Source: Candidatus Binataceae bacterium
GTDB lineage: Bacteria; Desulfobacterota; Binatia; Binatales; Binataceae
DNA length: 64,000 nt
NCBI GenBank assembly: GCA_050011435.1
Contig: JBEKJC010000001.1
Span: 85,556-149,555 of the forward strand
Reading direction: 5' to 3'
Numbering within the stretch: position 1 is the first letter of the stretch; each line of letters begins with the position of its first letter. Of this stretch, positions 41,691 to 51,480 are shown piece after piece. Both the position numbers and the translations under genes were made by a program. The notes beneath the pieces are model-generated. The model did not search any database. It was not told where the DNA came from and saw only the letters and a program-made list of their open reading frames with translations.

Positions 41691-41779
41691 GTTGAGGAGT
41701 CCGAAACTATAGTTTTAGGAAACTGAAACCTCACTGAGGTTTCAGACTTCCCCCCTGTAAAGATGCGGGCTTCGCCCTG
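41691..41779 (+). repeat. Repeat (A, hairpin GAAACCTCACTGAGGTTTC, B) in the spacer between E1 alpha and E1 beta
   Basis: GTTGAGGAGTCCGAAACTATAGTTTTAGGAAACTGAAACCTCACTGAGGTTTCAGACTTCCCCCCTGTAAAGATGCGGGCTTCGCCCTG. Confidence 0.85.
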
Positions 41780-41912
41780 GAACAACCTCATCACGGGTAA
41801 AAGCACGCGATGCTCGGGTAAGCGGCCGTGTCGGGCGGGAACGGAGAGAGCGAATGAATGCGGAGACCTTCGCGGTCTTCTCGCAAGCAGAAAGAGCTGG
41901 GGCGTCGCGCGA

Positions 41913-41997
41913 TCGAGCAACGCGAGCGTGGCCCACCGGCGGCATGGAATGCCGTGAAACCTGATGAGGTTTCAGAAAACTATAAGTTTTGAGTGTT
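41913..41997 (-). repeat. Repeat (module E, hairpin GAAACCTGATGAGGTTTC, reversed module A) in the spacer between E1 alpha and E1 beta
   Basis: Sequence identity to the 25617 copy. Confidence 0.8.
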
Positions 41998-42032
41998 TCA
42001 GCCAATTGGTCAATCTATTCGAGGTTTGAACG

Positions 42033-43004
42033 ATGGCGGTCACGACATATATCCAGGCGATCAACCAGGCGCTGGCCGAAGAGATGGAGCGCGACCCGCT
42101 CACCTTCGTGATGGGCGAGGACGTCGTGCTGAGCGCGTTTGGCGCGACCAAGGGGCTGATCGACAAGTTCGGGTCCAAGCGAGTGCGCAATACGCCGATC
42201 GCGGAAGCTGGTTTCGTCGGCGCGGCGGTGGGCGCGGCGATGGCGGGGACGCGGCCGATCTGCGAGGTCGAGTTCGCGAGCTTTTTCTATTGCGCGTTCG
42301 ACCAGGTGTGCAATCAGGCGGCGAAGTTGCGCTACATGTCGGGCGGGCAGGCGCGGATGCCGATCACGTTTCGCTGCGTGTACGGCGCGATGGGTGGCGC
42401 CGCCGCGCAACATTCGGAGACGGTTTATGCGCAGTTCCTCAGCGTGGCGGGACTCAAGCTGGTGGTGCCCTCGAATCCCTCCGACATGAAGGGACTGCTG
42501 AAGAGCGCGATCCGCGACGATAATCCGGCGATCGTTTTCGAACACGGCGCACTCGGGGGCCATCGCGAGGAGATTCCGGCGGGCGAACACCTGGTGCCGC
42601 TCGGCAAGGCCGCGATCAAGCGAGTCGGGGAGCACGTGACGGTCGTCGCGATCGGCGCGATGGTCCCGCGTGCGATGAAGGTCGCCGACCGCCTCGCCAA
42701 GGAGAATATCAGCGTCGAAGTGGTCGATCCGCGCACGCTGATTCCGCTCGACGAAGACGCGATTCTGTCGTCGGTCGAAAAGACCAATCGCGCGGTGGTC
42801 TTCGACGAGGGACATCTGCGCGGCGGAGCGGCCACCGATATCGCGGCGCTGATCGGTGAGAAAGGGTTCGACTTCCTCGACGGCCCGGTCAGGCGTGTGA
42901 CGACGCTCGACGTGCCGATCCCGTTCAGCCCGCCGCTCGAGAAGGCCGCGCTTGCCAATGAAGCGCGCCTCGAAGCTGCGATTCGCGAACTGGTCGGGCG
43001 CTGA
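42033..43004 (+). CDS. 2-oxo-acid dehydrogenase E1 component beta subunit
   Basis: 323 aa transketolase-like pyrimidine-binding and C-terminal domains. Confidence 0.85.
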   Translation: MAVTTYIQAINQALAEEMERDPLTFVMGEDVVLSAFGATKGLIDKFGSKRVRNTPIAEAGFVGAAVGAAMAGTRPICEVEFASFFYCAFDQVCNQAAKLRYMSGGQARMPITFRCVYGAMGGAAAQHSETVYAQFLSVAGLKLVVPSNPSDMKGLLKSAIRDDNPAIVFEHGALGGHREEIPAGEHLVPLGKAAIKRVGEHVTVVAIGAMVPRAMKVADRLAKENISVEVVDPRTLIPLDEDAILSSVEKTNRAVVFDEGHLRGGAATDIAALIGEKGFDFLDGPVRRVTTLDVPIPFSPPLEKAALANEARLEAAIRELVGR

Positions 43005-43025
43005 TCTCACTGCGGTGCGCGAGTG

Positions 43026-43109
43026 GTCGAGGAACGCAAAACCTATATTTTCTCTGAAACCTCATAAGGTCTTAGAGTTCCCCTCTTGTAAGATGCGGGC
43101 TTCGCCCTG
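43026..43109 (+). repeat. Repeat (A, degenerate hairpin, B) in the spacer between E1 beta and E2
   Basis: GTCGAGGAACGCAAAACCTATATTTTCTCTGAAACCTCATAAGGTCTTAGAGTTCCCCTCTTGTAAGATGCGGGCTTCGCCCTG. Confidence 0.8.
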
Positions 43110-43120
43110 TCGCTACTGAG

Positions 43121-44368
43121 ATGTCGATTGAACTGACGATGCCCAAGTTCGGGCTGACGATGCATGAGGGCACGCTTCAGCGCTTCTTCAAGGCGCCGGG
43201 CGAAGCGGTCGCGGCGGGAGAGCCGCTCTACGAAGTCGAAACCGAAAAGGTGCTGTACGTGGTCGAGGCGCCGGCGTCGGGCACGCTCGCGGCGTGGTTT
43301 CACGGTGAGGGCACAATCGTCGAATGCGGGCGTGCGGTCGCGATAATCGCGGAGGCAGGGGAAGATGCAGTCGCGCTGGCGGCGGGGACTCCCGCAGGTG
43401 CGGGCGCGGCGGCGCGGAGCGCCGCCGCGCCTTCTGCGCCGTCCGCGCCAGCCGCCGGCGCAGCGGCGGCTGGCGCGGATGGGGATGGGGCTCACGGCGC
43501 GGCGTCCGCAGGACGCCGCGCCGTGAGCCCGGTCGCGCGCAAGCTCGCCGCGCAGCTCAGGGTGGATCTCGATCGCGTCAACGGCACAGGTCCGGGCGGA
43601 CGGGTGACGCGCGAGGATGTCGAGCGCGCCGCCAAGGGCGGCGGCGCTCAGGCAGCCGCCGCGGCGGGGAGGCCCACGGGCGCTCCGGCCAGCGGTGCGA
43701 AGCCGCAGCTTCGCACCGTGCCGATGCGCGGGATGCGCCGCACGATTGCGGCGCGGATGCAGCAGAGTCTGCGCGAGACCGCTCAACTCACGATCACCAC
43801 CGAGGCCGACGTAACCGCCGCCACCGAGCTGCGCGCGCGCCTGACGCGCGAGTTCGATTTCACCTATACTGACCTGCTCATCCACGCGGTCGCGCGGGCG
43901 CTGTTGCGCCATCCGCGGATGAATTCGCGGCTTTCGGAGGAGGCGATTCTGCTGCTGAACGAGGTGAACATCGGGATCGCGGTGGCGCTCGAAGAGGGAC
44001 TTATCGTCCCTGTCGTAGCGGGCGCCGATCGGAAATCGCTTCGGGAGATTGCGGGCGCAACCAAGGACCTGGGGGAGCGTGCGCGAGCGGGTCAACTCAA
44101 GCTCGAGGATGTGAGCGGCGGAACGTTCTCGATCACGAATCTCGGTAACTTCGGGGTGGACGCGTTCACGCCGATTCTCAATGCCGGCGAGACCGGCATC
44201 CTCGGCGTCGGGCGCATCGTTGAGAAGCCGGTGGTTCATCGCGGCGAGATCGCGCGGCGCTCGATGCTCACGCTGAGCCTGACCTTCGATCACCGGGTGA
44301 TCGACGGCGCTCCCGCGGCGAATTTCCTCCAGACCGTAATCGATATATTCAATTACGGAGACCGCTGA
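43121..44368 (+). CDS. Dihydrolipoamide acyltransferase E2 component
   Basis: Lipoyl domain ETEKV, Ala/Pro linker, E3-binding domain, and catalytic DHRVIDGA motif. Confidence 0.85.
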   Translation: MSIELTMPKFGLTMHEGTLQRFFKAPGEAVAAGEPLYEVETEKVLYVVEAPASGTLAAWFHGEGTIVECGRAVAIIAEAGEDAVALAAGTPAGAGAAARSAAAPSAPSAPAAGAAAAGADGDGAHGAASAGRRAVSPVARKLAAQLRVDLDRVNGTGPGGRVTREDVERAAKGGGAQAAAAAGRPTGAPASGAKPQLRTVPMRGMRRTIAARMQQSLRETAQLTITTEADVTAATELRARLTREFDFTYTDLLIHAVARALLRHPRMNSRLSEEAILLLNEVNIGIAVALEEGLIVPVVAGADRKSLREIAGATKDLGERARAGQLKLEDVSGGTFSITNLGNFGVDAFTPILNAGETGILGVGRIVEKPVVHRGEIARRSMLTLSLTFDHRVIDGAPAANFLQTVIDIFNYGDR

Positions 44369-44413
44369 ACGCCCGGCGCGAATCGCGACTCAATCCGGTT
44401 TGATGCAGCACAG

Positions 44414-45883
44414 ATGAAACGCAAATCTATCGCAAAGCTGCGCGCTGCAATGGGCCTCGCAGCTTGTTCGGTGATCGCAATCGCAATCGCGTTCATCCCC
44501 GGCGTGGGAGCACAGGCCCGCGAGCACGAGGAACCCGGCTTGATCGAAAAGGCGCCACCGCCGAAGCCGATCAATTACGACAAACTCACGCAGGAAGCGG
44601 TCGCGCTGCTGCAGCATTACGTGCGCATCAATACAACGAACCCGCCTGGCAGCGAACTCGACGCGGCCAAACTGCTCAAGGAGAAATTCCTGGCCGACGG
44701 TATACCGGCAACGGTATGGGAGCCGGCGCCGGGCCGCGGAATCGTGGCCGCGCGACTGCGTGGGATCGGACGTCATAACAAGGCGCTGGTGCTGCTAAGC
44801 CACATGGACGTGGTTCCTGCCAATCCCAAGGAATGGCAGGTGCCACCGTTTTCCGCGCAAATCCGTGACGGCGAAATCTGGGGCCGGGGGACGCTCGACG
44901 ACAAGGGCCCCGGGGTGATCGAGTTGATGGCGATGCTCGCATTGAAGCGCGCCGGCGTCCTGCTCGACCGCGATGTAATTTTTCTCGCGACCGGTGACGA
45001 AGAGGAGGGCGGCAAGATCGGGGCGGCCTGGATGGTCGAGCACGAGGCCGGCATCTTCGGCGATGCGCACTATTTGCTAAATGAGGGCGGCGGGATAATG
45101 AGCCGCCCGAACGGGCGCAAGTATTACGCGGTCTCGCTCAGCGAGAAGACTCCGTTATGGCTGCGGCTCACGGCCACCGGCGAGGCTGGGCACGCCGCGG
45201 TGCCCCCCGCCAAGACGGCGGTGACGCGGCTGGTCGCGGCGCTCGATCGATTGGCGGCGTATGGCGCTCCGATTCGCGTGGTCAATCCGGTGCGCGATTA
45301 CTTTCGCGCGATCGCGCAACTCGACGGCGGTCCGCCCGAGTTCGCGAATCTCGCTACCGCCCTGCGCGACGATGACTTCGCGAACAAATTCGTCGCCGTG
45401 CCGCGCCAGAACGCCCTGGTGCGCGATACCTTTACGCCGACTGTACTGACCGGCAGTCAAAAGACCAATATCATTCCGGCGAGCGCGTCCGCTGAAATCG
45501 ATTCGCGCTTGCTGCCGGGCGACAATCCGCAACAGGTCATCGCGAATCTGCGCAAGGTGATCGCCGACGACGGCATCAAGATCGACGTCATGCTGAATTT
45601 TTCCGCGCAGTCGTCACCGCGAAAATCCGAGTTGATGACCGCTATCGGCAAGCTCGCCGCCGCCGAAAATACCGTCGTCGTGCCGATGATGATCGCGGGC
45701 TTTACCGATAGCCATTACTTCCGCCAGGCGGGCCTCGACGCGTACGGCTTCATTCCGATCGAGGCTTCGACGGCCGAGGCGCGCGGCGTTCACGGCCTCA
45801 ACGAGCGCATCGGGGTGAAGGAACTCGGGGCTGGCGTGCGCCGCATGATCGACTTGCTGAAATTGATGGGCACGCGCGAATAG
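44414..45883 (+). CDS. M20-family metallopeptidase (secreted)
   Basis: Signal peptide; LSHMDVVPA...GRGTLDDKG...GDEEEGG metal-binding motifs. Confidence 0.75.
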   Translation: MKRKSIAKLRAAMGLAACSVIAIAIAFIPGVGAQAREHEEPGLIEKAPPPKPINYDKLTQEAVALLQHYVRINTTNPPGSELDAAKLLKEKFLADGIPATVWEPAPGRGIVAARLRGIGRHNKALVLLSHMDVVPANPKEWQVPPFSAQIRDGEIWGRGTLDDKGPGVIELMAMLALKRAGVLLDRDVIFLATGDEEEGGKIGAAWMVEHEAGIFGDAHYLLNEGGGIMSRPNGRKYYAVSLSEKTPLWLRLTATGEAGHAAVPPAKTAVTRLVAALDRLAAYGAPIRVVNPVRDYFRAIAQLDGGPPEFANLATALRDDDFANKFVAVPRQNALVRDTFTPTVLTGSQKTNIIPASASAEIDSRLLPGDNPQQVIANLRKVIADDGIKIDVMLNFSAQSSPRKSELMTAIGKLAAAENTVVVPMMIAGFTDSHYFRQAGLDAYGFIPIEASTAEARGVHGLNERIGVKELGAGVRRMIDLLKLMGTRE

Positions 45884-45906
45884 AATCCAGCCAGGGAGTA
45901 TTCATT

Positions 45907-47088
45907 ATGATACGTGCCGGCACTGGCTATTCGACCGCGGCCAATCCGCGCAACGCCGCGCTCGAGGCGACGGCCGCCGCGCTCAAGCAGGCACGTTTGC
46001 GCAGTGCGGATTGTGCGATGGTTTTCGCCAGCACCGCCTATGGCGGCGCGTATCCGATGATCGTGCGCAGCGTGGCGGAGGCCGCCGGTACGCGCGAAAT
46101 CGCCGGCTGCGGCAGTATCGGCGCGATCGCGGGCGGTCGCGAATTCGAATCGGGGCCGTCGCTCGCAGTGCTGGTCCTCGGCGGCGGCACGATCGCGGGG
46201 ACGCGGCTGTTCGTGCCGCAATTGCGCGGGCGCTCGCGCGAAGTCGCAGAGGAGATTGTTGCCGCGGTGCGTCCGCAGCTCGGCGCAAACAACCTGCTCT
46301 GTCTCTTTCCCGACACCTACAACCTCGATCCCGAGCCGCTGATCGCGACGCTGGCGCGCGAGCTGCCCGGCGTCACAGTAGTCGGCGGCGGGGCGACCGA
46401 GGACGGCTCGGTCGGCGAGACCTTTCAATTCTGCGGCGACGTGGTCAGCACCAACGCGGTGTCCGGGATGCTGCTCGCGGGCGAATTCGCGATCAACCTC
46501 GGCGGCGCCAATGCGTGTGCGCCGCTCGGCCCGACCCATCGCGTGACCGCGGTGCGCGACAACATCATCCTTGAACTCGACGGCCGCCGCGCCTGGGACG
46601 TTTTCGCCGAGGCCGCCGGTCAGCTTGCCGGCGATCTGGCGCGGGCGCTCGCGTTTGTGTTTATCGGGATACCGCTGACGCCCGGCGCCGAGCGAATCGA
46701 TCGGGGCAATTTCTATGTCCGCAATATCTCGGGCGCGAGCCCCGAGCATGGCGCGATCGCGGTCGCTCATCGCCCCAAGCTTGGCGACAAGATCGGCTTC
46801 GTCCTGCGCGACGGCGAGCGTTCACGCGTCGAATTGAAGGCGACGCTCGCGGCGATGGGCGACCGGAATGCGCGACCGCCGGCGTTCGGCCTCTATTTCG
46901 ATTGCGTCTCGCGCGGCAACGGTCTTTATGGCATGCCCGATCACGATTCGGCCTACATCGGTCAGTACTTCGGCCAACTTCCGCTCGCCGGCTTCTTCAC
47001 CGGTTTCGAGATCGGCCCGATGGGCGATCGCACCGGCCTGTTGCAGTACTGCGGCGTGCTCGCGCTGATTTCCGACCCGCCGGATTGA
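45907..47088 (+). CDS. FIST-domain sensory protein
   Basis: 393 aa; N- and C-terminal FIST-like modules, with C-terminal GFFTGFEIGP. Confidence 0.55.
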   Translation: MIRAGTGYSTAANPRNAALEATAAALKQARLRSADCAMVFASTAYGGAYPMIVRSVAEAAGTREIAGCGSIGAIAGGREFESGPSLAVLVLGGGTIAGTRLFVPQLRGRSREVAEEIVAAVRPQLGANNLLCLFPDTYNLDPEPLIATLARELPGVTVVGGGATEDGSVGETFQFCGDVVSTNAVSGMLLAGEFAINLGGANACAPLGPTHRVTAVRDNIILELDGRRAWDVFAEAAGQLAGDLARALAFVFIGIPLTPGAERIDRGNFYVRNISGASPEHGAIAVAHRPKLGDKIGFVLRDGERSRVELKATLAAMGDRNARPPAFGLYFDCVSRGNGLYGMPDHDSAYIGQYFGQLPLAGFFTGFEIGPMGDRTGLLQYCGVLALISDPPD

Positions 47089-47094
47089 GCCGCG

Positions 47095-47475
47095 ATGGAC
47101 GCCGATCTGCGCGACGACCCGCGCGTTTACATGGCCGCCGAACGAACCTACCTTGCGTGGATCCGCACCGGCCTCGCGATGATAGGGTTCGGCTTCGTGG
47201 TCGCACGGTTTGGCCTTTTTCTCCGCGAATTTTCCGAGCACGGGGGCGGCGGCAAGTTCACTTCCACGGGGTTTTCACTCGCGGTCGGCGTCGGGCTGGT
47301 CGTCGTCGGGGTCTTCGTGAATATCGCCGCGACAGTCAATCACGTTCGCCTGACCAGGCAATTGAGCAGCGGTGAGTATCAACCCGGGGGCCCATCGCTC
47401 CTGGGCGCAGCGGCCTCAGTTCTGCTCGCGCTGGTCGGCATCGCGATGGCTATCTACCTGATGGTCGCCGGGTGA
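47095..47475 (+). CDS. DUF202 (YidH-like) membrane protein
   Basis: ERTYLAWIRTGLA motif followed by transmembrane helices. Confidence 0.65.
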   Translation: MDADLRDDPRVYMAAERTYLAWIRTGLAMIGFGFVVARFGLFLREFSEHGGGGKFTSTGFSLAVGVGLVVVGVFVNIAATVNHVRLTRQLSSGEYQPGGPSLLGAAASVLLALVGIAMAIYLMVAG

Positions 47476-47500
47476 TACCGATGCGGAACGCGACCGAGCT

Positions 47501-48295
47501 TCACATCTTGCGGCAGACAATCGCGGCGATGCGCTGGATGAAATTCACGGCACCGTCGCGCACGAACGCCTGCATCCCGGACAGATCCTCACGCAGGTCC
47601 GCCGCGAGCATCTGACGCACCTCTTTAGCACGATCAGCCGGAGTCTGCGCGCTGGCGAGCCAGCCTTCGAGATCGGTGGTCAGACGGTCCGAATGGACGC
47701 TTTCGACTTCGAGCCCGGCCCGCCCCATCATCGCAATCAGTTCGCTCAGGGCGAGCGCCCGCGTATGCGAGGTATCGCGCAGTTGCTCGATGCGATTGCA
47801 GCGGGCCGCCCGCGCGCGATTCTCGTTGGCGTAGAGATCCTGGACGGCGACCGTACCGCCGTTGCGGCAGACGCGGCACATCTGCGCGAGGATCGCCTCG
47901 GGATGCAGGAAGTGATGGAACGCGAAGCGGCAGACGACCAGGTCGAACTCGCCATCGCCGTACGTTAGATTATCGGCCTCGCCGACCTCGAAGCGGACGT
48001 TGGCGAGTCCGCGCTCGCGGCTGGTGCGCTGGGCGATCGCAATCGGCGCCGCGGTCAGGTCGAGGCCGACGACTTCGCGGCAGCGTTGCGCCAACGCCAT
48101 CGCGACGTAGCCGGGTCCGGTCGCGATCTCCAGGGCGCGGTCGTCAGGCCCCGGATCGATGGCGTTTACAAGTCGAGCCAACCGTTCGGCGTCGGTGATT
48201 ACGGCCGCACTGGCGTAAGCCTGCGCCTGGCGCGTGAACTCTTCGCGCACGGTGGCCTTATGGTCGTTGGTTTCGGCAGCCGCCTGTGAAGCCAT
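47501..48295 (-). CDS. Class I SAM-dependent methyltransferase
   Basis: Motif I ALEIATGPG and downstream motifs. Confidence 0.7.
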   Translation of the reverse strand: MASQAAAETNDHKATVREEFTRQAQAYASAAVITDAERLARLVNAIDPGPDDRALEIATGPGYVAMALAQRCREVVGLDLTAAPIAIAQRTSRERGLANVRFEVGEADNLTYGDGEFDLVVCRFAFHHFLHPEAILAQMCRVCRNGGTVAVQDLYANENRARAARCNRIEQLRDTSHTRALALSELIAMMGRAGLEVESVHSDRLTTDLEGWLASAQTPADRAKEVRQMLAADLREDLSGMQAFVRDGAVNFIQRIAAIVCRKM

Positions 48296-48516
48296 GGGCG
48301 TGGTCTCCGGTCTGTGAGCATCAGTTGTTATGCCCCTGCATTATCGCCTTGCATCATCATCTTGGCGCAGGCTCGCCAGCCGCATCAAGTACAGCGTTCG
48401 CCTGGGCGGCGCGCGCTTGCAGCGTCGGGACCGATAATGGTAGCTCAGATCAATCTAAAAATTGCGCAATTTCGAGCCGGATCGATCAATCCATCCGGGC
48501 CACGGAGGATGAGAAA

Positions 48517-49647
48517 TTGGACTTCGGTTTTTCAGAAGAGCAAGAGATGTTGCGGGATTCGGCCAAGCGGTTTCTCGCCGACAATTGTTCGACCAAATTC
48601 GTCCGCCAGATGATGGCGCATGACACCGCGCACGACGCCGCATTCTGGGACAAGCTGGTCGGCCTCGGCTGGCCGGGGCTGTTCGTGCCCGAGGAATTCG
48701 GCGGACAGGGGGGTACATTCCTGGACCTGACGGTAATCGCGGAGGAGGCCGGCAAGGCGCTCGTTCCGGGGCCGCTGTTTACCGCGGTCGCGCTTGGCGT
48801 TCCGGTTTTTCTCGAAGGCGGATCCGACGCGCAGAAAAAGGAATTCCTCACCAAAATCGCCGCGGGCAAGTTTATCGCGACGGTCGCCGTGGCCGAAGCG
48901 GCAGGCCGCTGGGATGCGGGCGGTATCGCACTGCAGGCGACCAAAAAAGGCTCCGGCTATACCCTCACGGGTGAAAAGTTTTTCGTCCCCGACGCGCACG
49001 TGGCCGACGCGATCGTCGTCGCGGCGCGTACCGGCGAGGGCTCCGGCGAGGACGGCATCACGCTGCTCTGCATTCCCGCCAACGAAAAGGGCGTCACGGT
49101 GACGCAGCTCAAGACCGTCGATATGACGCGCCGGATGTGCCACGTGAAGTTTGACAACGTCGCCGCCAGCGAAGTTATCGGCAAGGCAGGCGCCGGGTGG
49201 CCGGTGCTGCGGCGCACGCTCGAAGTCGCGACGGCAGTGCTGTCAACCGAGATGGTGGGGACCGCGCAGAAGGCGCTGGACATCGCGGTCGAGTACGCCA
49301 AGACGCGCGTTCAGTTCGGCAAGCCGATCGGTTCGTTCCAGGCGGTCAAACACAAGTGCGTCGATATGATGGTCTCGGTCGAGAATGCGCGGTCGCTGAC
49401 GTACTACGCCTGCTGGACGGTTGACGAACGCGTGGACGAATCGGTGACGGCGGTTCCGATGGCGAAAGCGTACGCCTCCGACATGGCGAAGAACGTGACC
49501 TCGGAGGCGATCCAGGTTCACGGCGGTATCGGCTTCACGTGGGAGCACGATATGCATTTGTACCATCGGCGCGCGCTCGCGGGCGAAGCGAATCTCGGCA
49601 ACGCGCCGGTCCATCGGGAGGTCGTCGCGCGCAACCTGCTCGGCTAA
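48517..49647 (+). CDS. Acyl-CoA dehydrogenase
   Basis: Start reassigned to TTG at 48517, preceded by GGAGG (MDFGFSEEQEMLRDSAKRF). ACAD middle and C-terminal domains are present. Confidence 0.8.
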   Translation: MDFGFSEEQEMLRDSAKRFLADNCSTKFVRQMMAHDTAHDAAFWDKLVGLGWPGLFVPEEFGGQGGTFLDLTVIAEEAGKALVPGPLFTAVALGVPVFLEGGSDAQKKEFLTKIAAGKFIATVAVAEAAGRWDAGGIALQATKKGSGYTLTGEKFFVPDAHVADAIVVAARTGEGSGEDGITLLCIPANEKGVTVTQLKTVDMTRRMCHVKFDNVAASEVIGKAGAGWPVLRRTLEVATAVLSTEMVGTAQKALDIAVEYAKTRVQFGKPIGSFQAVKHKCVDMMVSVENARSLTYYACWTVDERVDESVTAVPMAKAYASDMAKNVTSEAIQVHGGIGFTWEHDMHLYHRRALAGEANLGNAPVHREVVARNLLG

Positions 49648-49673
49648 CGCGCAACGGAAAGGGGAAGTTCTCA

Positions 49674-49740
49674 AGGAACGCGGGACATTGGGCTTTTAAG
49701 GAAACTGAAACCTCAGTGAGGTTTCAGACTTCCCATCGGG
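49674..49740 (+). repeat. Repeat (degenerate A, hairpin GAAACCTCAGTGAGGTTTC, B-like) abutting a terminator palindrome
   Basis: AAGGAAACTGAAACCTCAGTGAGGTTTCAGACTTCCCATCGGG. Confidence 0.75.
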
Positions 49741-49743
49741 ATT

Positions 49744-49779
49744 GACGCTCGCGTTTTTCTATTGAAAAACGCGAGCGTC
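49744..49779. terminator. Bidirectional intrinsic terminator between the convergent ACAD and SDR genes
   Basis: Perfect 16-bp inverted repeat GACGCTCGCGTTTTTC-TATT-GAAAAACGCGAGCGTC, with an A/T run built into the stem and an A-rich tract following. Confidence 0.6.
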
Positions 49780-49794
49780 AATCACTGAAAAAAA

Positions 49795-50559
49795 TTATTG
49801 CGCCATGAAACCGCCATCTACCGGCATCGGCAAGCCGTGCACATACGATGCGCGATCGGAGCACAGCCAGGCCACTGCCTCACCGATTTCCGAGGGTTCG
49901 CCGAGGCGCTTGAGCGGTTCCGCGCGCGCCATTTTTTCTTCGTTGCCGGGCTTCGCGTCGAGCAGCCTGCCGAGCATCGGCGTGCGAATGGGTCCGGGGC
50001 AGACCGCGTTGACGCGAATCTTGTGGCGGCCGTACTCGAGCGCGGCGGCCTTGGTGAGTCCCGCGACGCCGTGCTTGGCCGCGACATAAGCCGGCATTCC
50101 GCTGACCCCGATCAAGCCCGCGTCCGATGACGTATTGACGATCGCGCCGCCGTGGCCCTGCTTGAGCATCTGATCGATTTCCGCCTTCATGCAGAGCCAT
50201 ACGCCGGTGAGGTTGATCGACATCACGCGCGCCCAATTCTCTTCGGTGCATTGGTGGGTAAGTGCGCTCTTGCCGTCGATACCGGCATTGTTGAAGGCGC
50301 AATCGAGCCGCCCGTAGCTTGCGACGGCCTTGGCCACCATTGCTTCGACGTCGGCCCATTTCGAGACGTCCACCTTGACGAAGATGGCGGTGCCACCCGC
50401 ATCCTTGACCATTTTAACGGTCTGGTTGCCGCCATCCTCCTGCACGTCGCCGAGCAGCAGTTTGGCGCCCTCGCGCGCGAAAATTTGCGCGGTGGCGCGC
50501 CCGATCCCCGAGGCTGCTCCGGTGATGATCGCTACTTTGCCGTCAAGTATTCCTGCCAT
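49795..50559 (-). CDS. SDR-family oxidoreductase
   Basis: KVAIITGAASGIG motif. Confidence 0.8.
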   Translation of the reverse strand: MAGILDGKVAIITGAASGIGRATAQIFAREGAKLLLGDVQEDGGNQTVKMVKDAGGTAIFVKVDVSKWADVEAMVAKAVASYGRLDCAFNNAGIDGKSALTHQCTEENWARVMSINLTGVWLCMKAEIDQMLKQGHGGAIVNTSSDAGLIGVSGMPAYVAAKHGVAGLTKAAALEYGRHKIRVNAVCPGPIRTPMLGRLLDAKPGNEEKMARAEPLKRLGEPSEIGEAVAWLCSDRASYVHGLPMPVDGGFMAQ

Positions 50560-50998
50560 TCTGTATAAGACCTCCGTTTATTGATGCCGCGAGCGCTGTC
50601 ACCGATATGGGCGAGCGCGCTTTGCGCCGACGCCATTCAGTACATAGGCGATAATAGCAGGACCCGACAAGGAGAAGGCCCGACCAGGGGGAGAACATCT
50701 GAAGGAATTGAGCCGACAAGAAACGGACGCAGGAAGGGATAAACCGGCATCAAACGGTCAGTGCACTTCGCACAGAATGACAACGTGTCTGAGCCGAGTC
50801 AGGTGAAGGACGCGATCCGAGCCATTGAAGATAACCGCGTCGCAGGGGTCACCTTAAGTAGGCTCCCGACGACGCGGTCCCCCTCTTTCAGAGCATCCGC
50901 GCGCGTGGCGTCAACCCGATTGTCTCTCCCCGCAAGCCCTTCCCGGAAGAGCCTTTGGCAGCGACATATACGACCGGCGCGCCGGTCGCGCGGAGGGG

Positions 50999-51301
50999 TC
51001 AGCCCAGTCCGAGAAACTTCATTACGGACAAGTAATCGCTGCGAGTGGCGACTGCTGCGTCCATCACCTGCGAGAACATTTCGGCCTCACCGGCGACCAC
51101 CGGCTGGTCCTTCATCGAGTCGAAAAAAAGCGGATCGTCCGGGCCGGGGTCGCGGCCAAACCGGTTGCGGAATATCTGGTAGCGCACACGCGCGATTTTG
51201 AGCATCGCCATGCCGATGTCTTCGCCGTAGCGCGAGCCGACGCGCCGGCAACTTCCCATTGAGCGCACCGGTCGCCGTGCCTGGAACTGCTTCATACGCA
51301 T
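50999..51301 (-). CDS. Small hypothetical protein downstream of the sigma-54 activator
   Basis: About 100 aa ORF with coding-like composition, preceded by a candidate sigma-54 promoter. Confidence 0.3.
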   Translation of the reverse strand: MRMKQFQARRPVRSMGSCRRVGSRYGEDIGMAMLKIARVRYQIFRNRFGRDPGPDDPLFFDSMKDQPVVAGEAEMFSQVMDAAVATRSDYLSVMKFLGLG

Positions 51302-51335
51302 AACCACTCCCCCGCTGATGACGGAGACTGATGGA

Positions 51336-51350
51336 GCAATTGCGGTGCCG
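51336..51350 (-). promoter_or_regulatory. Candidate sigma-54 promoter (-24 GGCAC, -12 TTGC) for the small ORF at 50999..51301
   Basis: Minus-strand sequence CGGCACCGCAATTGCT fits GG-N10-GC with exact sigma-54 spacing. It lies about 25 to 30 nt upstream of the ORF start, in an AT-rich spacer just downstream of the activator gene. Confidence 0.4.
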
Positions 51351-51480
51351 GTCGCAATTGTGGTTATGCGACAAAGCTAAGTATCTAATTTTATTGAATA
51401 AATGGAAAATTGAACAAATGACAAGAAATGGACATCGAAGGCTGCTGCCAAGTTCGATTGGCACTCGGTGCCAAGTCTGC

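Noticed and set aside
51446-51465. Plus-strand TTGGCACTCGGTGCCAAG as a sigma-54 promoter
   Set aside because: The GG-to-GC spacing is 2 nt too short, and it would drive transcription into the 3' end of the minus-strand activator gene. The minus-strand candidate at 51336..51350 fits better.
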